From: an uncultured Eubacteriales bacterium
GTDB taxonomy: Bacteria > Bacillota > Clostridia > Lachnospirales > Lachnospiraceae
Assembly: GCA_900316755.1 (NCBI GenBank)
Contig: ONED01000004.1
Coordinates: forward strand, 713-64,712
DNA: 64,000 nt
Direction: 5' to 3'
How positions within the stretch are numbered: the first letter of the stretch is position 1; each line of letters starts with the position of its first letter. The position numbers were made by a program, and so were the translations under genes. Shown in pieces: positions 1 through 8,124 of the stretch. The notes below the pieces were generated by a model. It had not been told where the DNA came from and did no database searches. It worked only from the letters and a program-made list of their open reading frames with translations.

Positions 1-385
1 GGCAGGAGATATTAATCTCCATCATATCAATGTCTTCATCGGCAAGACGCTCTACTACTTCACAATAATCTTCCGTAGATTTCCCGCATACGTTCACAAT
101 AATCTTTGTATCATATTGTCTCAGAAACGGGATATCTCTTTTGCAGAACAAGTCTATCCCCGGATTCTGAAGTCCCACCGCGTTCATCATGCCGCCGCAG
201 GTTTCCGCCACTCTTGGCGTAGGATTTCCCGCCCACGGAATATTTGCAACTCCTTTTGTCGTTACTGCGCCTAAGCGGTTTAAGTCTACAAACGCATCAA
301 ATTCTGCCCCGGAGCCGAACGTGCCGGAGGCAACCGTCACCGGATTCTTCCACTCCACTCCTGCAATATTTACACTCATGTTCAT
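1..385 (-). CDS. pyrD: Dihydroorotate dehydrogenase catalytic subunit, 5' part (runs off the window start)
   Basis: Manual translation from ATG at 385 (ATGA overlap with the pyrK stop): MNMSVNIAGVEWKNPVTVASGTFGSG...LGAVTTKG...GNPTPRVAET..GMMNAVGLQNPG, typical of family 1B DHOD. Not in the ORF track because it is truncated. Confidence 0.93.
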   Translation of the reverse strand, partial: MNMSVNIAGVEWKNPVTVASGTFGSGAEFDAFVDLNRLGAVTTKGVANIPWAGNPTPRVAETCGGMMNAVGLQNPGIDLFCKRDIPFLRQYDTKIIVNVCGKSTEDYCEVVERLADEDIDMMEINISC

Positions 386-1167
386 CCGATTTCCACCTCC
401 GTAGACAAGAATACCGGACCATCCTTGCAGATGCGTTTATTATTCACATTCGTGTGATGGTCTTTTTCCTTCGATTTACACACACACGCAAGACATGCTC
501 CGATTCCGCATGCCATTCGCTCCTCCAGAGAAAGATAGCATTCCACGTTCTGCTCCGCCGCGTACGCCTTTATTGCGCGAAGCATCGGCGTCGGACCACA
601 GGCAAAAATGATATCTGCACTCAGCCCGTTTTCCGCAATGGCATTCATGACATTTCCGCGTGTTCCCACGCTTCCGTCTTCCGTGGAGATATAAACCGTA
701 CCATTCTTTTCGAACTGCTCACGAAGAAACGTCCGGCTGTCCCGATACCCCACTATAATCTGTTTTTCACAAGGAAGTTGTTTCGCCAGTTCCAGAATGG
801 GCGGTACCCCGATACCGCCGCCAATCAAAAACGCCTTTCTCCCTTCGGCTCTCTCCAGTGGAAATCCGTTTCCCAAAGGTCCGATTACCGGTATCGTATC
901 TCCCGCTTTCTTTTTGGAAAACTGCTCCGTACCGGTATCTGTTCCGGTCACGCGATAAACGATGCGAATTCTTCCCATCTCCCTGTCAATTTCACAAATA
1001 CTGATGGGTCTTGGAAGCAGCTTTGTCCCGTCCTCGGTATACACGGAAAGGAATTGTCCCGGCTTTGCATCTTTTGCAGCCTCCGTTTGAATCCACATAC
1101 TGAAAATCCCGTCTGCAAGCTCCTCTTGCGAGACAACGACTGCCGTCTCTTTTTTCCTGTCTGCCAT
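382..1167 (-). CDS. pyrK: Dihydroorotate dehydrogenase electron transfer subunit
   Basis: LLPRPISI FAD motif, GGGIGVPP, CGPTPML, and EERMACGIGACLAC...C 2Fe-2S motif; directly upstream of pyrD. Confidence 0.95.
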   Translation of the reverse strand: MADRKKETAVVVSQEELADGIFSMWIQTEAAKDAKPGQFLSVYTEDGTKLLPRPISICEIDREMGRIRIVYRVTGTDTGTEQFSKKKAGDTIPVIGPLGNGFPLERAEGRKAFLIGGGIGVPPILELAKQLPCEKQIIVGYRDSRTFLREQFEKNGTVYISTEDGSVGTRGNVMNAIAENGLSADIIFACGPTPMLRAIKAYAAEQNVECYLSLEERMACGIGACLACVCKSKEKDHHTNVNNKRICKDGPVFLSTEVEIG

Positions 1168-1180
1168 ATCTGTATTCTCC

Positions 1181-2107
1181 TTAGCGATTTTCTAAAGCTT
1201 CTTTGATATCTTTTATCATATCCTCCACGGCCGCTCTGGATGCATCTCCAAAATGTTCCGCTCCAAATTTTGCATAGTTTTCCTGCTTGTATGCTGCAAT
1301 GATTCCACGGGAAGAATTTACGATTGCACCCAGTCCGTCTTCATTAAAGAAATGGATAAGGTCTTTTCCTTTTCCACCCTGTGCCCCGTATCCCGGCACT
1401 AAGATGTAGGACTTTGGCATAATCTTGCGAAGCACTTTTCCCATCTCCGGATAAGTTGCTCCGACTACTGCCCCTACATAGCTGTACTCGTCGCCCATGT
1501 GTTCCTCGCCCCATAAGGCCACTTTCTCGCCGACCAATTCATACAATGGCCTGCCGTTTATGAGCTGATCCTGAAATTCTCCGCTGGAAGGATTCGACGT
1601 TTTTACAAGTACAAAAATCCCTTTCTTTTCTTCTTTACAAACTTTGATGAAAGGATTGACACCGTCAGAACCCAGATACGGATTTACCGTTACAAAGTCT
1701 TCAGCAAAAGGAGTGTATGTGTGGCTTCCCACCTGCACGCGTCCTACGTGTCCCACTGCATAGGCTGCAGAAGTAGAGCCAATATCTCCGCGCTTGATAT
1801 CGCCGATGACAACCAGTCCTTTTTCCTTACAATAATCCACCGTTTTCTTGAACGCCGCAAGCCCCGGGATTCCAAATTGTTCATACATGGCAATCTGTGG
1901 TTTTACCGCCGGAATCAAATCGCAGGTCTTATCTACGATTTCTTTGTTGAATTGCCAGATTGCCTCTGCTGCGCCCTCCAGAGTTTCCCCGTATTCGGCA
2001 AATGCCTTTTTCTGCACATGCTCCGGAATATAATTTAACATCGGGTCTAAGCCCACCACGATTGGTGCATTTGTTTTTTTGATGTTCTCCACTAATTTGT
2101 TAATCAT
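1181..2107 (-). CDS. pyrF: Orotidine-5'-phosphate decarboxylase
   Basis: VGLDP, KPQIAMYE, DIKRGDIGST and LVPGYGAQGG motifs. Start moved from ORF-track 2185 to ATG 2107, which follows a GGAGG RBS. Confidence 0.95.
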   Translation of the reverse strand: MINKLVENIKKTNAPIVVGLDPMLNYIPEHVQKKAFAEYGETLEGAAEAIWQFNKEIVDKTCDLIPAVKPQIAMYEQFGIPGLAAFKKTVDYCKEKGLVVIGDIKRGDIGSTSAAYAVGHVGRVQVGSHTYTPFAEDFVTVNPYLGSDGVNPFIKVCKEEKKGIFVLVKTSNPSSGEFQDQLINGRPLYELVGEKVALWGEEHMGDEYSYVGAVVGATYPEMGKVLRKIMPKSYILVPGYGAQGGKGKDLIHFFNEDGLGAIVNSSRGIIAAYKQENYAKFGAEHFGDASRAAVEDMIKDIKEALENR

Positions 2108-2120
2108 ATTTTTCCTCCTC

Positions 2121-3287
2121 CTACTTTTGAAGCGCTTCCATTGCCGCTTCCAGTTGATTGTCCCTTTCCGGATTGGTTTCATCATACTCGTATTCTACCA
2201 CGATATCCGGCTCCACACCAATTCCATGGATATGGTTTCCATTTGGTGTACAGTATTCAGATACTGTGAGCTTCAGACTCGTACCATCATTCAGCCGAAA
2301 TACATTCTGTACGATGCCCTTTCCGTATGTCTTCGTTCCTACTAAATTGCCGATTCCATAGTCTTTTACAGCGCCGGCAAAAATCTCGGACGCGCTGGCA
2401 CTGTTTCCATTGATTAAAACCGCCATCGGAAGACTTAACTTCCGCTCCTCATCCGAGTAAATCACTTCTTCCTTCCCGTTTTTATCCTTCGTCGAAACAA
2501 TCCTTCCCTCGGGCAGAATCAAATCCAGCATGTCGCACACCGTAGAAAGATTTCCGCCGGGATTCTCTCTGAGATCAATAATCACCGCTTGCATTCCCTG
2601 CGCATTCAGGTGATTGAGCGCCTCCTCAAACTGACTGCCTGTCACCTGTTCGAATCCGGAAACATAAATGTAGCCGATTTGATTTTCCTTCATTTCATAA
2701 GCCACTGTTTTGCTGACAACCGTGTCCCTTTTGGCTGTGCAGGAATATTCCTCCCGGCTCTCCCCGCGAAGCACGGTAATCTCCACCGTGGTTCCCTTTT
2801 CTCCGCGAATCTTTGATACAATCGTATCCAAATCCAGCCCCGTGACGTCTTCTCCGTCTACCTTGTAGAAAATATCTCCTTCCAAAAGCCCTGCTTCCTC
2901 GGCGGGGGAGTCCTCGTAGAGTTCTCTTAAGGTCACCTGGCCGGTCACTTTGTCCTGACTTAAAACTGCTCCGATTCCGACAAACTCTCCGGTCGTCATC
3001 TCCATCAGTTTTTTCGTCTCCTCTTCCGTATAATATACCGAATACGGATCGCCCAATCCGGCAACATACCCTTTCATCAACAGTTCCTGCAGCTGCGTCT
3101 CATCGATTTCATCTTCATACAGGTATTCCTTTTCAATAAGATGACGTATCATCTCTAATTTATACTCTGTATCTGCAGTAACAACTTTTCCTCCCATAAG
3201 ACGCGGTGCCAGTAAAACTGCCGCAATCAATAACGTAACAAGGGCACCACAAAGTGCCCCCTTGATAAAACTCTTGTGATTTTCCAT
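2121..3287 (-). CDS. ctpA: S41 family C-terminal processing protease with PDZ domain
   Basis: GLGDPYSVYY, PDZ GIGA motif, DLRENPGG, NSASASEIF, GTKTYGKG; N-terminal TM segment. Confidence 0.9.
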   Translation of the reverse strand: MENHKSFIKGALCGALVTLLIAAVLLAPRLMGGKVVTADTEYKLEMIRHLIEKEYLYEDEIDETQLQELLMKGYVAGLGDPYSVYYTEEETKKLMEMTTGEFVGIGAVLSQDKVTGQVTLRELYEDSPAEEAGLLEGDIFYKVDGEDVTGLDLDTIVSKIRGEKGTTVEITVLRGESREEYSCTAKRDTVVSKTVAYEMKENQIGYIYVSGFEQVTGSQFEEALNHLNAQGMQAVIIDLRENPGGNLSTVCDMLDLILPEGRIVSTKDKNGKEEVIYSDEERKLSLPMAVLINGNSASASEIFAGAVKDYGIGNLVGTKTYGKGIVQNVFRLNDGTSLKLTVSEYCTPNGNHIHGIGVEPDIVVEYEYDETNPERDNQLEAAMEALQK

Positions 3288-3307
3288 GAAGTATGTACCT
3301 TTCTACA

Positions 3308-4444
3308 CTACAAATAATTGGATGGATTCACCGGCTTTCCATTGAGTTCCACCTGAAAATGCAGGTGGTTTCCCGTAGACTGCCCGGTTGAGCCCACGCC
3401 GCCGATATGCTGTCCTTTTACCACCTTTTGTTTTGCGGATACATAGGGTCTTTCAAACATATGCATATACTTGGTAACCAGACCGTTTCCATGGTCGATT
3501 ACTACCCAATAGCCTGCGGAAGAGCTGTATCCGGCTATAATCACCGTGCCCGCCGCAGCTGCATAGATTGGTGTCCCCCTAGGAGCAGCATAGTCATTCC
3601 CCTTATGTGGGGTCGTGTCGCCGATTCCCTGTCTTACTTCTTCAAAATAACTGGACTGATAAGACATTCCGGGACAGGGATGCGTAAAAAATCCGTTTCC
3701 GCTCACAACCGGCGTCTCTGTCTGACCGGAGGAAGAGGAGCTTCCGCTTCCCGAACCATTTGGCTTCTGATTTGCTTCCGCAAGCTCCTGCTGTCTCTTT
3801 GCCTCATCCTCTGCCCTTTTTATCTGTCCTTTCAGCGTACTTAAATCGGCATTGATTTTTGCAAGCTCAGATGCTTTCTCCGCAAGAAGCGCCTTTGCCT
3901 CTGCCTGCTGTGTTGCGATAGTCTCCTGCAGCTTTGCCAGTGTCTGATACTCTGCCTGAAGCTCCAGTTCCTTTTCCTCTACCGCCCGTACCGTAAGCTG
4001 AAATTCCTCCAGCTTTTTTCGGTCGTACTCCGAGATTTTGGAGATGCTCTCCGTCTTTGCGAAAAAATCTGCCAGACTATTCGATTCGATAAAAATCTCG
4101 ATGAAGTTTACATTTCCGTTTTCATACATATAACGGATGCGCAGCTTCATGTTTTCATACTGTTTGTTTTCGTCGAGCTTTGCCGCAATGAGTTCCTCTT
4201 CTGCGACTTCAATCTCCGACTGTTTCTGCTTAAGGTCTGCTTCTGCCTGCTGCATCGATGCAGATAGTGCATTCACCTTTGCTGCCAGCGAAGCTTTCTC
4301 AGACTCTGCCTTCTTTTGCTGGTCTTCCAACTGTTGCTGCTTATCCTTCATGTCGGAAACATTTGCAGCTTTTGCAGTCCACACCATGCCAACTGTCAAT
4401 GCTCCCACGAGCAAAATTCCAAGTAATCGTTTCCCCTTATTCAT
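3308..4444 (-). CDS. EnvC/CwlO-like coiled-coil protein with C-terminal M23 peptidase (FtsEX partner)
   Basis: Signal peptide, long coiled coil, M23 motifs HKGND, YMHM and HLHF. Start at MNKGK after GGAG (ORF track starts at 4456). Confidence 0.88.
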   Translation of the reverse strand: MNKGKRLLGILLVGALTVGMVWTAKAANVSDMKDKQQQLEDQQKKAESEKASLAAKVNALSASMQQAEADLKQKQSEIEVAEEELIAAKLDENKQYENMKLRIRYMYENGNVNFIEIFIESNSLADFFAKTESISKISEYDRKKLEEFQLTVRAVEEKELELQAEYQTLAKLQETIATQQAEAKALLAEKASELAKINADLSTLKGQIKRAEDEAKRQQELAEANQKPNGSGSGSSSSSGQTETPVVSGNGFFTHPCPGMSYQSSYFEEVRQGIGDTTPHKGNDYAAPRGTPIYAAAAGTVIIAGYSSSAGYWVVIDHGNGLVTKYMHMFERPYVSAKQKVVKGQHIGGVGSTGQSTGNHLHFQVELNGKPVNPSNYL

Positions 4445-4456
4445 ATATACTCCCAT

Positions 4457-5365
4457 CTACGCTTTCAAATGCTTCCGAATGGTAAAAAAGCTTCCAATAA
4501 AACCGATTCCGACTCCCAAAAGAAGTCCCACCGGAAGCAGTGTTTTGTATACTTCTGACGCCGGCAGAAAATCCAGTATCGAATTCAAAACAGAAAACTT
4601 ACTCATAATACTGCTGACTGCCTTTTCATATGCAAAATAAAGAATCACCAGTGGAATGGCGGCTCCAGCCAGTCCAATCAGAACACCTTCAATAATGAAC
4701 GGTGCTCTTACAAAGGAATCCTTTGCCCCGATGTACTTCATAATCGCAATCTCTTCCCGCCGGATGGTAATCCCCATAGATACCGTATTGCTAATCAGGA
4801 AGATTGCAACAACTAAAAGAATCAGGATAATTGCTCCGGAAATATATGCAAGAAGCACGTTAAAATTCTCCAGCGTCTTTGCAACTACATCCGATTTTTT
4901 CACCCTGCGAACCCCGTCCAGTCCTTCGATAAAGCTGACCACATCCTCCTGTTGTTCTACCGACTCCAGATAGACCTCATAATTGTCTGAATCTACCAGT
5001 GGATTATCTTCCTTAAAGCCTTCTGCCAACTCTTCATTCCCTTCCAGATAGTCGGAAAGGAAACTGTCCAGTGCTTCCTCCGCCGACACATATTTTACTT
5101 CTGCCACGCCGTCGCACTTGGAAATCTCTTTTCCGATTTCCTTTACCCTCTCATCCGTGGCATCCGCGTCGAAGTAAACGACAACCGCCACACCTTCTTC
5201 TGCCTTCTGTACAATATAATTAAAGTTCGTAATAATGGAATAGAATATGCCGAACAAGAAAATACAGGCCGCCATGGTCGCAATAGACGCAATGGAAAAC
5301 ATCCTGTTCCTTGAAATATTCTTCACTCCCTGTTTTACCGAGTATCTTACTGTGCCGAATCTCAT
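4457..5365 (-). CDS. ftsX: Cell division ABC transporter permease
   Basis: Four-TM FtsX topology, RREEIAIMKYIGA motif, adjacent to ftsE. Confidence 0.93.
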   Translation of the reverse strand: MRFGTVRYSVKQGVKNISRNRMFSIASIATMAACIFLFGIFYSIITNFNYIVQKAEEGVAVVVYFDADATDERVKEIGKEISKCDGVAEVKYVSAEEALDSFLSDYLEGNEELAEGFKEDNPLVDSDNYEVYLESVEQQEDVVSFIEGLDGVRRVKKSDVVAKTLENFNVLLAYISGAIILILLVVAIFLISNTVSMGITIRREEIAIMKYIGAKDSFVRAPFIIEGVLIGLAGAAIPLVILYFAYEKAVSSIMSKFSVLNSILDFLPASEVYKTLLPVGLLLGVGIGFIGSFFTIRKHLKA

Positions 5366-6040
5366 TTATACACCCACCCTTTTCTCGTCGCTTACAATAA
5401 TCCCCTTATTCATTGTAATGACACGTTTTTTCATTGCTTTCACAATTTCATGGTTATGAGTTACAACGACAACGGTTGTTCCTCTTTCGTTTGCTTCCTC
5501 CAGTAACTTCATGATTTCCCATGAGTTTGCAGGGTCCAGATTACCGGTCGGCTCATCTGCCAGCAAAATTGAAGGCTCATTTACAACAGCTCTTGCAATC
5601 GCAACACGCTGCTGCTCTCCTCCGGATAACTCCTTTGGAAAAGATTTATATTTTTGTGCCAGACCTACCAGCGAGAGTGCCGCAGGTACTTTCTTCTTAA
5701 TCAAACGGCTCGGTGCCTCCGTTACCCGTAGCGCAAAAGCAATATTCTCATATACATTTCGGTCTTTTAGTAAACGGAAATCCTGAAACACCACCCCTAT
5801 TTTTCTGCGGTAAAACGGAATCTCCTTGTGTGTCATGCTCCCAAGATCCTGTCCCATAATCCGAATCTCCCCGGAGGTGGGTTCCAGTTCTTTCATCAAC
5901 AGGCGAATCAAAGTGGATTTCCCCGATCCGCTGTCACCTACAACGAACACAAACTCCCCCTGCTCAATCTTCAGGCTGATTCCATTCAGCGCAGCAATCC
6001 CCTTAGAGTACTCTTTCGTTACTTCTCTTAATTCTATCAT
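5366..6040 (-). CDS. ftsE: Cell division ATP-binding protein
   Basis: Walker A GDSGSGKST, VFQDFRLL, LSGGEQQRVAIARA, DEPTGNLD. Confidence 0.95.
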   Translation of the reverse strand: MIELREVTKEYSKGIAALNGISLKIEQGEFVFVVGDSGSGKSTLIRLLMKELEPTSGEIRIMGQDLGSMTHKEIPFYRRKIGVVFQDFRLLKDRNVYENIAFALRVTEAPSRLIKKKVPAALSLVGLAQKYKSFPKELSGGEQQRVAIARAVVNEPSILLADEPTGNLDPANSWEIMKLLEEANERGTTVVVVTHNHEIVKAMKKRVITMNKGIIVSDEKRVGV

Positions 6041-6056
6041 ATGCTCCTCCTAATTA

Positions 6057-7145
6057 TCAATACTCCAATGACTCCATGTATTTCATGTATTTCACAACCA
6101 TAAGGGCAATCTTAAATGTGATTGCATCTTCAAACACACGCAAATCCAGCCCCGTAATCCTCTGAATCTTATCCAGACGGTAAACCAGCGTATTTCTGTG
6201 AATATACAGCTGTCTTGATGTCTCCGAAACATTCAGGCTGTTCTCAAAAAACTTATTAATCGTCGTCAGCGTCTCATCATCAAAGTTATCCGGCGATTTC
6301 CCCTCAAATATCTCCCGGATAAACATCTTACAGAGCGGAATCGGCAGTTGGTAAATCAATCTTCCGATGCCCAATGTATTATACGCGACAATATCCTTCT
6401 CTGTAAAGAAGATTTTCCCCACGTCCAGAGCAAGCTTTGCTTCTTTGTAGGACTTAGAGACCTCTTTCATATCGCTGATAATGGTGCCGTAAGCAATATG
6501 GAAATCTTTTAAGCCCTCCCCCTTTAGCATCGCTAAAAGCTCATTTGCAAATCTCCCGACTTCTTTGTATCCGTCGTCTTCCTCCAGTTCTTTCACAACG
6601 ATAATATTTTTTTCATCCACAGCCGTCACAAAATCCTTGCTGTTTCCTCCCAGCAGGCTGCGCATACGCTCCAGCGCATTTGCATCTCTTTCGGATGAAA
6701 TCTCAATAATAAAAATAACACGTTTCACATCTGTGTCAATGTGTAACTTCTTAGCACGATTGTAAATATCCACCAGCAGCATATTATCGAGAAGCAGATT
6801 CTTGATAAAATTGTCCTTGTCAAACCGTTCTTTATACGCAACCAAAAGGCTCTGAATCTGGAAAGCGGCAAGCTTTCCGACGGTATAGACATCCTCACTT
6901 TCTCCATATGCCAAAAGCACATACTCTAAATGGCATTCATCATATATTTTGAAAAACTGGCAGCCCTGCACCACCTGACTGTCGGCAGGTGACTCTACGA
7001 ATGCACGCACAGCGGCAGAATGCTCTTCCGAGCCGGTAAGTGTACCTGCCACTTCCTTTCCTTCCACATCCATGACACATAAATCGATTCTGGTAATGGC
7101 CTTAAGGCCTTCCATTGTACTTTGCAGTATTTGATTTGAAATCAT
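6057..7145 (-). CDS. CdaR/PucR family transcriptional regulator
   Basis: C-terminal PucR-type HTH (LNVSETSRQLYIHRNTLVYRLDKI) with a GGDEF-like middle region. Confidence 0.88.
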   Translation of the reverse strand: MISNQILQSTMEGLKAITRIDLCVMDVEGKEVAGTLTGSEEHSAAVRAFVESPADSQVVQGCQFFKIYDECHLEYVLLAYGESEDVYTVGKLAAFQIQSLLVAYKERFDKDNFIKNLLLDNMLLVDIYNRAKKLHIDTDVKRVIFIIEISSERDANALERMRSLLGGNSKDFVTAVDEKNIIVVKELEEDDGYKEVGRFANELLAMLKGEGLKDFHIAYGTIISDMKEVSKSYKEAKLALDVGKIFFTEKDIVAYNTLGIGRLIYQLPIPLCKMFIREIFEGKSPDNFDDETLTTINKFFENSLNVSETSRQLYIHRNTLVYRLDKIQRITGLDLRVFEDAITFKIALMVVKYMKYMESLEY

Positions 7146-7205
7146 TTTCTTCCCTCCAAATGGTCTTCTTCTGTCTTTTTCTATCTTAATGCAAAATGCT
7201 AAAAA

Positions 7206-7248
7206 AAGAAAGAGGAAATAACAAATTTTTAGCTATTTCCTCTTTCTT
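7206..7248 (-). terminator. Rho-independent terminator after the TagA-like gene
   Basis: 15-bp inverted arms (aagaaagaggaaata 7206-7220 / tatttcctctttctt 7234-7248) followed by a T run on the minus strand. Confidence 0.7.
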
Positions 7249-7253
7249 CTCTT

Positions 7254-7799
7254 TTATTTGCCATTTCGATGTTCAAATTGTCGAATAAAATGCTTCCACA
7301 GCTTCTGAAAATCCCATCTTTTCTTTCTGTTTTTCAGGCGCGTCCCAAGACCAATCCAGATTTTTGCATCCAGCGACGTACGATAACGGCTGATAAATTC
7401 CTCCTGTACCGGACCGGACAGTGCAGCGAAAATGCAGTCTGCCTCTCCTCCGTTAATCCGATTCAAAATCATATCATCCGAAATGCCCGGCTCGTCCAGC
7501 GTCGCCATCTCCACAATCCGAATGCCGGTATATCTCTCCGGAAGGACCTCTATCATTTTGGAAAGAAGCGTCTCCGTCTCTGCAAACAAGAAAACCTTCC
7601 CCTGACTTTTATGTAGAAAACGCCCGAACATCTTCACAAACAATTCTGCTTCCGACTCCGGCTCCTTTCCATGTTCGAATGTAATAATCTGAATGGCATG
7701 CGCAGTCTCGCTCTGTAAATACTCCACTGCATGCTGCATTGCTTCTTTCGCTGTATAGCTGTCATGTTGTCCGTCTAGTATTTGTATATTACCGCTCAT
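7254..7799 (-). CDS. WecB/TagA/CpsF-like protein, degenerate
   Basis: KVFLF...ILNRINGGEADCIFAALSGPVQEEFI...IWIGLG resembles the TagA C-terminal half. Start at ATG 7799 after an AGGTGA RBS (ORF track starts at 7868). Confidence 0.65.
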   Translation of the reverse strand: MSGNIQILDGQHDSYTAKEAMQHAVEYLQSETAHAIQIITFEHGKEPESEAELFVKMFGRFLHKSQGKVFLFAETETLLSKMIEVLPERYTGIRIVEMATLDEPGISDDMILNRINGGEADCIFAALSGPVQEEFISRYRTSLDAKIWIGLGTRLKNRKKRWDFQKLWKHFIRQFEHRNGK

Positions 7800-7896
7800 A
7801 AGCTTCACCTGTTGATATTTAATTTGTTGATTATAACAAATCCTTTGTACTTTTTCAAGTTTATCCACAGATTATTTACAATAGTTAATGATTTCG

Positions 7897-8073
7897 TTAT
7901 TTATTTTCCATTTCTCGACGTTTTTTTGTAATCAATCCGCCGATTCTGCCCGTTTCTTTGGAAGTCAGGGAACGCCATCCGCCTTCCTTCACTTTATCAA
8001 GCAGCCCCAGTTCCTCTGCAATTTCATATTTTAGCTTTTCATTTAACTCATCTTTCTTTTTTTCTACTGCCAT
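7897..8073 (-). CDS. Small acid-soluble spore protein, alpha/beta type (58 aa)
   Basis: Manual translation: MAVEKKKDELNEKLKYEIAEELGLLDKVKEGGWRSLTSKETGRIGGLITKKRREMENK, with the SASP motifs KYEIAEELG and SKETGRIGG. Too short for the ORF track. Confidence 0.88.
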   Translation of the reverse strand: MAVEKKKDELNEKLKYEIAEELGLLDKVKEGGWRSLTSKETGRIGGLITKKRREMENK

Positions 8074-8124
8074 CACCGGAATCCCCTTTCTGTATCGCTA
8101 AGAGGATTCCCTGTTTTTTTATTC

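Noticed and set aside
244-1206. 320-aa plus-strand ORF and the many other short opposite-strand or alternate-frame ORFs (e.g. 11329-12000, 12336-13127, 37924-38517)
   Set aside because: Shadows of well-supported minus-strand genes; no recognisable motifs or RBS.
7861-7869. Consensus DnaA box TTATCCACA
   Set aside because: Single copy, no cluster and no dnaA/dnaN context, so not an origin; a lone regulatory role cannot be supported.
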